A DNA stretch of 10,999 nucleotides, from positions 1-10,999 of the forward strand of contig JBDGUI010000001.1 in NCBI GenBank assembly GCA_042216015.1, in the 5' to 3' direction. The position numbers and the translations under genes are program-made. Of the stretch, positions 1 through 6,988 are shown one piece after another (positions within the stretch are counted from its first letter, which is position 1; each line of letters opens with the position of its first letter). A model generated the notes under the pieces. It worked only from the letters and a program-made list of their open reading frames with translations, was not told where the DNA came from and ran no database searches. Source of the DNA: Halodesulfurarchaeum sp. (GTDB lineage: Archaea; Halobacteriota; Halobacteria; Halobacteriales; Halobacteriaceae).

Positions 1-8
1 AACCGGCG

Positions 9-70
9 GTTTCCTTTACTTTTAGGACATCCTAAAGCCGTTTCCTTTACTTTTAGGACATCCTAAAGCC
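9..70. repeat. Perfect tandem duplication of a 31-bp unit (GTTTCCTTTACTTTTAGGACATCCTAAAGCC) x2
   Basis: Positions 9-39 and 40-70 are identical; the array ends 2 bp before the ATG at 73. Confidence 0.97.
21..67. promoter_or_regulatory. Two palindromic operators TTTAGGA-CA-TCCTAAA (21-36, 52-67), DtxR/TroR/SirR-family-like metal box
   Basis: Perfect 7-bp inverted arms in AT-rich sequence. TTAGG..CCTAA arms are characteristic of DtxR-family operators. The downstream copy lies between a TATA-like TTTACT (46-51) and the start codon. Confidence 0.7.
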
Positions 71-72
71 AA

Positions 73-624
73 ATGCAGCGATCCGACAATGACCCAAACA
101 ATACAGGCACGTTTGCCAGGGGCGATCTTTCCCTGGATCTGAACGGCACGTGGGCGGCGTACTGGCTATTCCTGCTTCGAGTGATCACCGGCTACTGGAT
201 CCTCCATGCCGGCCTGACGAAGGTCTGGGAGACCTATGTCCTGGGATCCCCCTTCAGTGCGGGCTGGTTCCTCAAGTACGCCTCCCAGGGGACCATCCTC
301 GAGGGGTTCATGGCACTGTTCAACAACTCGGCCGGAATCGCCTTCACGAACTTCATGATCCCGTGGGCGGAATTCCTCATCGGCCTCGGCATCCTCCTCG
401 GGGCGTTCACCAGACTCGCCGCGTTCTTCGGCGGCTTCCTGATGATCTTCTTCTACTTCGTGAACGCGGCCTGGAGCCACGGCATGGTAAGTAGCGACCT
501 CATGGGGCTGGTCCTCTTCGTCACGGTCGGCGTCTTCGGCGCCGGTCGGATCTGGGGCGTCGATCAGTACCTCGAACAGATGGACTGGGCAAAGAACCCG
601 GTTGCAAAGGCCCTACTTGGATAA
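73..624 (+). CDS. DoxX family (DoxD-like) membrane protein, 183 aa
   Basis: About four hydrophobic helices; DoxX-type motifs LLRVITGYWILHAGLTK, PWAEFLIGLGILLGAFTRLAA and GAGRIWGVD. Probably leaderless, with a TATA-like element about 25 bp upstream. Confidence 0.85.
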   Translation: MQRSDNDPNNTGTFARGDLSLDLNGTWAAYWLFLLRVITGYWILHAGLTKVWETYVLGSPFSAGWFLKYASQGTILEGFMALFNNSAGIAFTNFMIPWAEFLIGLGILLGAFTRLAAFFGGFLMIFFYFVNAAWSHGMVSSDLMGLVLFVTVGVFGAGRIWGVDQYLEQMDWAKNPVAKALLG

Positions 625-637
625 CGGAGGACGAACA

Positions 638-946
638 ATGACACAGGAACACCTCACGGCTGTCGAACGGACTGGAATGATCGTGATCGGCGGGCTCTTC
701 GTGATTGCCCTGCCGATCATGGGGATACTCAACGTGATCGGAGGATCGATGAGCGCGATGATCGCCTACACGAAGGGCGACACCTCCGGCCACGCACTGA
801 CGCAGGCCGCGGTTCCGGAGGGAGCGAAAATCACGGCGGCACCGCTCGTCGGTCCGAACACTCGAGCCTGGTTGATTCTCCTCGCACTGCTCGTTCTCGG
901 CGCGGTTGCGGTCTACCGGCTGGGGACGTTCGGCGAGGCGGCCTGA
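638..946 (+). CDS. Small membrane protein with two predicted TM helices, 102 aa, probably co-transcribed with the DoxX gene
   Basis: GGAGG Shine-Dalgarno at 626-630 before ATG 638, which is 13 bp after the DoxX stop; two hydrophobic stretches. The ORF-track start at 602 overlaps DoxX and is unlikely. Confidence 0.75.
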   Translation: MTQEHLTAVERTGMIVIGGLFVIALPIMGILNVIGGSMSAMIAYTKGDTSGHALTQAAVPEGAKITAAPLVGPNTRAWLILLALLVLGAVAVYRLGTFGEAA

Positions 947-984
947 TCGGATATCGAGACGGTTGACCGGAACGGACGGCGATG

Positions 985-997
985 TTTTCGCGGTTTT
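985..997 (+). terminator. Possible oligo-T terminator of the doxX operon
   Basis: TTTT at 985-988 and 994-997, about 40 bp after the stop; archaeal intrinsic terminators are U-tracts. Confidence 0.3.
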
Positions 998-1052
998 CGG
1001 CGAATGGGTTTCGAGGACGAGTTCGTGGGATTGCGGGTGTCAAAAGAGGGGG

Positions 1053-1135
1053 CGGGGGGACGAAAGATTTTGAACCGAGCGGGGTTCGCTCAGCTACGCT
1101 TCACTCGCCCTCTGCGCTCAAATCCCTCCTCCCCG
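1053..1135. repeat. Degenerate tRNA-3'-end-derived hairpin module (copy 2)
   Basis: The left arm CGGGGGGACGAAAGATTTTGAACC (1053-1076) resembles 1308-1329. The right arm TCAAATCCCTCCTCCCCG (1118-1135) is a near-exact inverted copy of the same segment. Confidence 0.7.
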
Positions 1136-1187
1136 TTCAGACGATGACGGCGCGGTGCCCGAGCACACGCGCCTGGTGTGTGAGAAG

Positions 1188-1282
1188 CGGTGAGGAGGGG
1201 ATTTGAACCAGAGCAAGACATTCCTGCTCGGGCCTTCAGCCCAGCGCGGGCTGTGTCTTGCAGGATTCATATCCCTCTCACG
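1188..1282. repeat. tRNA-3'-end-derived hairpin module (copy 1)
   Basis: 1188-1209 (CGGTGAGGAGGGGATTTGAACC) is identical to 1308-1329. Imperfect inverted arm at 1263-1282; inner stem GCAAGACA (1213-1220)/TGTCTTGC (1254-1261); apical GGGC/GCCC stem. Confidence 0.9.
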
Positions 1283-1307
1283 TTTTCCTCGCAGGCCGCT
1301 CGGAAAA

Positions 1308-1392
1308 CGGTGAGGAGGGGATTTGAACCCCTGAGGCTACAATAGCCACCTGCTCTCAAGGCAGGCGCGTTGGGCCGCTTCGCTACCTCACC
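1308..1392 (-). tRNA. tRNA-Ser(TGA), 85 nt, intronless, CCA not encoded
   Basis: Minus strand reads GGTGAGG TA GCGAAGCGGCCCAACGC G CCTGC CTTGAGA GCAGG TGGCTATTGTAGCCTC AGGGG TTCAAAT CCCCT CCTCACC G. It has a 7-bp acceptor stem, anticodon TGA (plus-strand tca 1356-1358), a long variable arm and a G discriminator. Confidence 0.96.
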
Positions 1393-1417
1393 ACGACCGA
1401 TACATTCGGGCGGACGG

Positions 1418-1425
1418 GTTAAGAA
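1418..1425 (-). promoter_or_regulatory. Likely TATA box (TTCTTAAC) of the tRNA-Ser gene, overlapping the TAA stop of the upstream CDS
   Basis: CTTAA-type box 26-33 bp upstream of the mature tRNA 5' end. Confidence 0.55.
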
Positions 1426-2189
1426 CTGTCGGTCCCTCCCGCGTCCCGGCTCGTGAATTCGCCGGCAACCATCGCGATCTCGCGCTCCTGGATCGTCTCC
1501 CACGTGTGCTCGGGCACGGGTTTCCCGGCCAGCGTCTCGGCGTTGAGCCGCGAGAGGACGCTTGCGAGGTCCGCCGGCTCCCACAACAGCTCTCGGGATC
1601 GCTGAAAGTCGACCTCGAGTCCCGCCTCGACTGCCCGTCTGGTGATCCCCTCGACCGGCCGCGTCTCGAAGACGCTCTCGAAGTCGATCAAATCCGAAAA
1701 GCCAACGAAATAGACGTCACCGCGGCTCGCCGGGCCGATCACCACGTCGGCCCGGCGGAGTTTCAGTGCGGCCTCGTCGATCACCGACCGAGCGAGGCGC
1801 GGAACACACGGCCTGAGCACCGCTGCGGACTGGAGGTCCTCGTCCCGGACCAGGTGGGTAATGGCGTTGCCCGCCTTGGCCGAGAAGTCGCTTCCGACCT
1901 GCGGCTCGAAGCGCACCTCCTCGAACCGGTCCGGCTCCATTGCCCGCGCGGCGATCTGCCGGAGTTCGGCCTCCGGGTCGACGTCCGTGACGTCCTCGGG
2001 AAGGTCGTCCTGGGTCGGGTAATTCACCAGGATGTCGATGGTGCTCCGCTCGAGAGTCACCATGGTGTCCGCGAGAAGGGCCCGATAGAGGGCCAGCCCG
2101 TCACCCGGTGTCAGGGCGGTCTTCTCGACGAGACTTCTGCATGCGACTCCCTCGATTGGCGGATCGGGAAGCAGGACGACGGTCGTCAT
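1419..2189 (-). CDS. DUF2064-like / GT-A-fold (CofC-related) conserved protein, 256 aa
   Basis: Acidic ORF; motifs ALYRALLADT, FEPQVGSDFSAK and DVVIGPASRGDVYFVGF resemble the DUF2064/TIGR04282 family. Confidence 0.7.
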   Translation of the reverse strand: MTTVVLLPDPPIEGVACRSLVEKTALTPGDGLALYRALLADTMVTLERSTIDILVNYPTQDDLPEDVTDVDPEAELRQIAARAMEPDRFEEVRFEPQVGSDFSAKAGNAITHLVRDEDLQSAAVLRPCVPRLARSVIDEAALKLRRADVVIGPASRGDVYFVGFSDLIDFESVFETRPVEGITRRAVEAGLEVDFQRSRELLWEPADLASVLSRLNAETLAGKPVPEHTWETIQEREIAMVAGEFTSRDAGGTDSS

Positions 2190-2249
2190 CGGTCACACCC
2201 TCGGGACGCCAGCTCACGGGGCATGACAATTCCTCGAGGGCCGGTTCCC

Positions 2250-2254
2250 AAAAA
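2250..2254 (-). terminator. Possible T5 terminator of aroC
   Basis: AAAAA on the plus strand (TTTTT on minus), about 60 bp after the aroC stop. Confidence 0.35.
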
Positions 2255-2313
2255 CTGCTCGCATGTGGTTCGATCGAGGCATGATTCCACGTTCGGGACT
2301 CGGCCTCCTCCCG

Positions 2314-3459
2314 TTACTGCGGGGAACTCGGATGATAGTCGGTGTCGTATTCTCCCGGCTCTCCGTCCACCCGATCCGGGTTGATCCGTCCCGAGAGCAG
2401 CATGAAATCCGCGATCGTGATCGCGGCGATCGCCTCGACGACCGGCACCGCCCGCGGCGGGAGCACCGGGTCGTGTCGGCCGGTGACTTGCACGGTCTTC
2501 TCCTCGTCTGTCTCCCAGTCCACGGTCGTCTGCTCGCTGGGGATCGACGTGGGGGCGTGGAGGGTCACCTCCCCGTAGATCGGTTCGCCGGTGGTGATCC
2601 CGCCCTGTACGCCGCCGTGATCGTTTTCGGCAGGCGTGGGATCCCCGTCCTCGTCGAATTCCCACTCGTCGTTTCGGTCGAGCCCCGACACCGCAGCCGC
2701 CTCTCGGCCCAGGCCGATCTCGAAGGCGGTCGTCGCCGGTACTGCCAGCATGGCCTGTCCCAGTCGGGCCTCCACGGCGTCGAAGCGCGGGGCTCCCAGA
2801 CCCCGGGGGACCCCCTGGATCTCGAATTCCACGGCCCCGCCGATAGAATTGCCCCGCCGCTGGTATTCCTCGGCAACCTCCTGCATCGCTTCGGCCGTTT
2901 CGGGGTGGGCACACCGCACGTCCGTGTCCTCGGTGCGTTCGCCCATCTCCTCGAACGTGACCGGCGGGGATTCGACCTCGCCGATCTGGCTGACGTGGGC
3001 CCGGACCTCGATTCCCGCCGTCGCGAGGAGCTGCTTGGCGATCGCGCCGGCGGCGACCCAGTTTGCCGTTTCCCTGGCCGAGGACCGTCCCCCCCCGCCC
3101 CAGTTGCGGGTGCCGAACTTCGCCGAGTACGTGAAATCGCCGTGACTCGGTCGCGGAGCGGTGATGTACGGCTCGTACTTCCCGGAGCGGGCGTCCCTGT
3201 TCTGGATCGTGAGCCCGATCGGCGTGCCCGTCGTGTACCCGTCCTGTATCCCGCTCTGGATCTCGACGTGATCGGGTTCGTCTCTGCTCGTCGTGATCTG
3301 GGACTGGCCGGGCTTGCGCCGATCGAGTTCGCGCTGGATGGCCTCTCGGTCGAGTTCGAGCCCGGCCGGACAGCCCGAGACGACCACACCCATCGACGGT
3401 CCGTGACTCTCCCCGTAGGTCGCGATCTGGAGGAGTCTTCCGAAGCGATTGCCGTTCAT
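2314..3459 (-). CDS. aroC: Chorismate synthase, 381 aa
   Basis: Signature motifs GESHG, RPSHGD, GGGRSSARET, NDHGGVQGGITTG and GRHDP. Confidence 0.98.
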   Translation of the reverse strand: MNGNRFGRLLQIATYGESHGPSMGVVVSGCPAGLELDREAIQRELDRRKPGQSQITTSRDEPDHVEIQSGIQDGYTTGTPIGLTIQNRDARSGKYEPYITAPRPSHGDFTYSAKFGTRNWGGGGRSSARETANWVAAGAIAKQLLATAGIEVRAHVSQIGEVESPPVTFEEMGERTEDTDVRCAHPETAEAMQEVAEEYQRRGNSIGGAVEFEIQGVPRGLGAPRFDAVEARLGQAMLAVPATTAFEIGLGREAAAVSGLDRNDEWEFDEDGDPTPAENDHGGVQGGITTGEPIYGEVTLHAPTSIPSEQTTVDWETDEEKTVQVTGRHDPVLPPRAVPVVEAIAAITIADFMLLSGRINPDRVDGEPGEYDTDYHPSSPQ

Positions 3460-3502
3460 ACAACTCCCGTCGGGACCCCCCTCATTGAGCCTTTGGAATG
3501 AG

Positions 3503-4786
3503 TCAGTCGAGCGAGACCGTCGCCCCGAGCTCCAACAGCGTCTCGAAGAAGCCGGGGAAGGAGACGTCGACGTCCTCGGCGTCGCTCACGGTCGTCTCCC
3601 CCCTCGCGACCAGTCCCGCAACCGCGAGTGACATAACGATGCGGTGGTCACCCCTCCCCTCGAGGGATGCCCCCTCGAGTTCGGTGTCGCCCCCCTCGAT
3701 CGTCAGTCGGTCCCGCTCTTCGGTGAGGGTTGCGCCCATCGACTCGAGGGACTCGGCCATGGCACTTACCCGGTCGGTCTCCTTGTACCGGACGTGCTCG
3801 CAGTTCTCGATCGTCATCGTCCCGTCGGCGACGGCCCCGAGAACTGCCACCGTTGGGAGGAGATCGGGGGTGTCGCCCACGTCTATGGTCACGCCCGAAA
3901 GTGATCCTCCCGCGACCGTCACTCTCCCAGCCTCCTGCTCCCACTCGATGTCCGCACCCATCCGGTCCAGGATCGGGATGATCGCGCTGTCTCCCTGCGG
4001 ACCAGGATAGAGTCCCTCGACGGTGACCGGCCCCTCTGTGACCGCCCCGGCGGCGAGGAGGTACGACGCGGCGGAGAAATCTCCGGGGACGATGTACCCG
4101 TCTGCTGGAGCCCGGTACTGCTGGCCACCTGGCACTCTGAAGCCGGAATCGGTTCGCTCGACCTCCACCTCGAAGTCCCCGAGGAGTTCGACGGTGATCT
4201 CCACGTACGGTCCGGACTTCAACGGCGAGGTGAGATCGATATCGATTCCCTCGGGCGTTCGCGCCCCGGCCATCAATAGGGAGGAGATGAACTGCGAGGA
4301 GACGTCACCGGGGATCTCGACCCCTCCGCCGCCCCGCCATCCCTCGACCACGAGCGGCGCCTGATCGTTCTCGCGGGTGCTCCTCGCACGCCCCCCGAGC
4401 TGCTCGATCGCCGATAGCATCGGTCCCTGGGGGCGGGAGCGGAGCGACCCGTCTCCCGTGAGGACCGTCGTTCCGTCGACCAATCCCGCCACGCCCATGG
4501 CGAGTCGAATTGTCGTGCCGCTGTTCGCACAGTCGACGACGTCGGCCGGGACCGTCGGCCGGTCGCCGAACCCATTCACCGTGAGTGTCCCCGCACCTCG
4601 ATCGACTGTCGCGCCGAAGGCCTCCACGGCTCGCATGCTGGCTCGCGTGTCCGCGCTCACCAGTGGCCGCCTGATGAGACCCCCATCCCCGTACGCACTG
4701 GCAAAAATCGCGCGGTGGGTGTAGCTCTTCGATGGGGGCGCGACGACCGTTCCGGAGACGGTCGAGCGGGATACCGTCGCGTGCAT
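3503..4786 (-). CDS. aroA: 3-phosphoshikimate 1-carboxyvinyltransferase (EPSP synthase), 427 aa
   Basis: Motifs [42 protein letters not shown] and SFPGFF. Start placed at ATG 4786 (MHATVS) rather than 4810. Confidence 0.97.
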   Translation of the reverse strand: MHATVSRSTVSGTVVAPPSKSYTHRAIFASAYGDGGLIRRPLVSADTRASMRAVEAFGATVDRGAGTLTVNGFGDRPTVPADVVDCANSGTTIRLAMGVAGLVDGTTVLTGDGSLRSRPQGPMLSAIEQLGGRARSTRENDQAPLVVEGWRGGGGVEIPGDVSSQFISSLLMAGARTPEGIDIDLTSPLKSGPYVEITVELLGDFEVEVERTDSGFRVPGGQQYRAPADGYIVPGDFSAASYLLAAGAVTEGPVTVEGLYPGPQGDSAIIPILDRMGADIEWEQEAGRVTVAGGSLSGVTIDVGDTPDLLPTVAVLGAVADGTMTIENCEHVRYKETDRVSAMAESLESMGATLTEERDRLTIEGGDTELEGASLEGRGDHRIVMSLAVAGLVARGETTVSDAEDVDVSFPGFFETLLELGATVSLD

Positions 4787-4807
4787 ACTGGACCCTCGGG
4801 GTCCCGT

Positions 4808-4944
4808 CACATCACGGTTCCGAAGCCGACAGTAACGCGGACCAACACATCACGGTTCAGGAGCCGACAGTAACGCGGACCAACACATCACGGTTCAGGA
4901 GCCGACAGGAACCCCGTCCAACCCAGCCATTCGGAGCCGACAGG
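4808..4944. repeat. 38-bp tandem repeat, 3 full copies plus a degenerate partial copy, in the divergent aroA/peptidase intergenic region
   Basis: Unit CACATCACGGTTCAGGAGCCGACAGTAACGCGGACCAA at 4808-4845 (2 mismatches), 4846-4883 and 4884-4921 (4 mismatches); remnant GGAGCCGACAGG at about 4933-4944. Confidence 0.95.
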
Positions 4945-4974
4945 GATTTGGGAGCCGCCCGAGACTGGGCCACC

Positions 4975-6150
4975 ATGGCAAGGGACCTCTCTCGAATGGA
5001 GACACTGCTCGAGGAGGGGGATTTCGATGGCTATCTCCTCCACGCGGATTCGACCAACGCGAACCAGTACTACCTCTCCGGGTTCGACGCTCCCGATCCC
5101 TTCCTGACGCTCTTCACACCCGGGCAAACCGTGATTCTCACCACCGCACTCGAGTTCGGGCGGGCCCAGTCAGAAAGCCGAGCGGATGTCGTCAGAAAAC
5201 TCGCCGAGTACGGCTACCGCGAGAAGGCAGCAGAACACGGTCGGGACACGGCAAAAGGGTTGGTCTATGCCGAGTTTCTCGCCGAATTCGGGGTGGAATC
5301 GGTCACGACGGATCGCCGCTTTCCCCTTTTCTCCGCCGACTCGCTTCGGGAACAGGGAATCGCGGTGACCGCAGATCGCGAGGACACACTCGAGACGATC
5401 CGGGCAACGAAGACAGCGACTGAAATCGATCACATCCGCGAGGCACAGGCGGCAAACGAGTCGGCAATGGCCGCGGCGGCGGAGATGCTCGCTGAGGCCA
5501 CTGTGGGGGATGGAGGGACCCTCCATCTCGACGGGGAGGTTCTTTCGAGCGAGCGGGTCCGGACGAAGATCGAGCGTACGCTCCTCGATCTGGGCTTTGC
5601 CCTCGACGAGACGATCGTCGCGAGCGGCCCGGCCGGGGCAAAACCACACGACCGGGGGTCCGGCCCGATTTCCGCCAGCGAACCGGTCATCGTCGACATA
5701 TTTCCCCGGTCGAAGACGACGAAGTATCACGCAGACATGACTCGTACCTTCGTTCGGGGGGAGCCCGATTCACGAATCCGGGAGTTCCACGACCTGACCC
5801 GAGAGGCGAAGGCCGCCGCGATGGAGGCTGTCGAACCGGGTGTGACGGGAGCGTTCGTACACGATGCGGTCTGTGACGTCTTTGAGGACGCCGGATACGC
5901 GACGCTCCGCTCGGACGAATCGACCGACACGGGATTCATCCACGGCACTGGTCACGGCGTCGGGCTCGAGGTGCACGAACATCCCCAGGTGAGCCCGGAC
6001 GGCGGCGAACTCGAGCCCGGACACGTCATCACGATCGAACCCGGGCTCTACGATCCGGAGGTCGGGGGCGTTCGAATCGAGGATCTCATTGTCGTCACCG
6101 AGGACGGGCACGAGAACCTCACGGAGTACCCGGAAACGCTCGAACTCTAG
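4975..6150 (+). CDS. pepQ: M24 family Xaa-Pro peptidase (prolidase / aminopeptidase P-like), 391 aa
   Basis: N-terminal creatinase-like domain; metal-site motifs VDIFP, YHADMTRT, HGTGHGVGLEVHE, TIEPGLY and GGVRIED. Start placed at ATG 4975; the upstream extension runs through the repeat array and overlaps aroA. Confidence 0.92.
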   Translation: MARDLSRMETLLEEGDFDGYLLHADSTNANQYYLSGFDAPDPFLTLFTPGQTVILTTALEFGRAQSESRADVVRKLAEYGYREKAAEHGRDTAKGLVYAEFLAEFGVESVTTDRRFPLFSADSLREQGIAVTADREDTLETIRATKTATEIDHIREAQAANESAMAAAAEMLAEATVGDGGTLHLDGEVLSSERVRTKIERTLLDLGFALDETIVASGPAGAKPHDRGSGPISASEPVIVDIFPRSKTTKYHADMTRTFVRGEPDSRIREFHDLTREAKAAAMEAVEPGVTGAFVHDAVCDVFEDAGYATLRSDESTDTGFIHGTGHGVGLEVHEHPQVSPDGGELEPGHVITIEPGLYDPEVGGVRIEDLIVVTEDGHENLTEYPETLEL

Positions 6151-6262
6151 CGCGTCCGCGGTCGATTCCGTCGAGACCTGCACCGGGGCCGGTGATGGCC
6201 CGGATGGCTCCCGGGTGACCCAGTGCGAATCCTTTTGTCCGGGCGCAGGCAAATTGGGACAA

Positions 6263-6988
6263 ATGGACGTCTTGATCGTGGGGTCCGGCGCGGTGGGCCG
6301 GTGGTTCGGGTCGCTCTGGGACGGGCCGGTCGCCTTCGCCGACGCCGATCGGGCGGTTGCCGAACGGGCAGCCGGGAACGTGACGAACGCGGGGATCACG
6401 GCTCTCGATGGCGATGACTCCCACGACGTGGTCGCCGTGGCGGTTCCGATGCGGGTCGCCGAAAGGGTCATCGCCGATCAGGCCGATCGAGCCGAGCGAG
6501 CGATCGTCGACTTCACGGGGTCGATGAGGGAGCCACTCGAGGCGATGGAAGAGGTGGCACCGGATCTCGAACGGGTGAGCTTCCACCCGCTCTTCGCGCC
6601 CGAGCACGCCCCGGGTCGGGTTGCGAAGTCGGTCGGGAGACCGGGCCCGACCGTCGACGCCATCACCGGGATGCTCGTGGCCGCCGGAAACGACCTCGTT
6701 CCCGTCGAAGCCGCCGTCCACGACGACGCGATGGAAACCGTTCAGGGCCGAGTTCACGCGGCCGTTCTCGCGTTCGGGCTCGCGGCCGATCCGGTCCCCG
6801 AGGGGCTCGAAACGCCGGTTTACGAGGAGATGGAGGCACTCAGGGAGCGGGTCACGTCTGGATCGCCCAGCGTCTACGCCGACATCCAGGACCGATTCGA
6901 CGGAGCTGTGGCGCTCAACCGGGCGCTCGATCGACTCCTCGAGGCCGACCGAGGCGAATTCGCGTCCCTCTACGACGATGCCGGTTGA
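6263..6988 (+). CDS. tyrA: Prephenate/arogenate dehydrogenase, 241 aa
   Basis: Rossmann motif VLIVGSGAVG, then VAVAVP, DFTGSM, catalytic SFHPLFAP and HDDAMETVQG; promoter-like CGAATCCTTTTG about 27 bp upstream. Confidence 0.9.
   Translation: MDVLIVGSGAVGRWFGSLWDGPVAFADADRAVAERAAGNVTNAGITALDGDDSHDVVAVAVPMRVAERVIADQADRAERAIVDFTGSMREPLEAMEEVAPDLERVSFHPLFAPEHAPGRVAKSVGRPGPTVDAITGMLVAAGNDLVPVEAAVHDDAMETVQGRVHAAVLAFGLAADPVPEGLETPVYEEMEALRERVTSGSPSVYADIQDRFDGAVALNRALDRLLEADRGEFASLYDDAG

Noticed and set aside
982..1206. 74-aa ORF (and ORF 1267-1584) across the tRNA region
   Set aside because: They overlap the hairpin modules or the tRNA, have a composition atypical of halophile proteins, and show no motif.
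1..1209. Integrated provirus or genomic island at tRNA-Ser
   Set aside because: The att-like duplicate is only 120 bp from the tRNA and encloses no genes; no integrase is in the window. An element further left cannot be excluded.
1188..1282. Second tRNA gene or intron-containing tRNA
   Set aside because: Only the last 22 nt match; there is no D-arm or anticodon arm, and the 5' part is an antisense copy of the 3' end.
4790..4804. Short palindromes before aroA (GGACCC-TCG-GGGTCC) and aroC (TCCCG-T-CGGGA, 3465-3475) as a shared operator
   Set aside because: Short, GC-rich and not the same sequence or spacing; expected by chance at this base composition.
4808..4944. CRISPR array interpretation of the 38-bp repeats (likewise the 27-bp and 31-bp arrays)
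   Set aside because: Units are head-to-tail with no unique spacers, and no cas genes are present.
4732..4974. 81-aa N-terminal extension of the peptidase (similar extensions for tyrA, the methyltransferase, surE and chorismate mutase)
   Set aside because: The extensions overlap neighbouring genes or repeats; internal ATGs fit family N-termini and promoter spacing or stop-start coupling.
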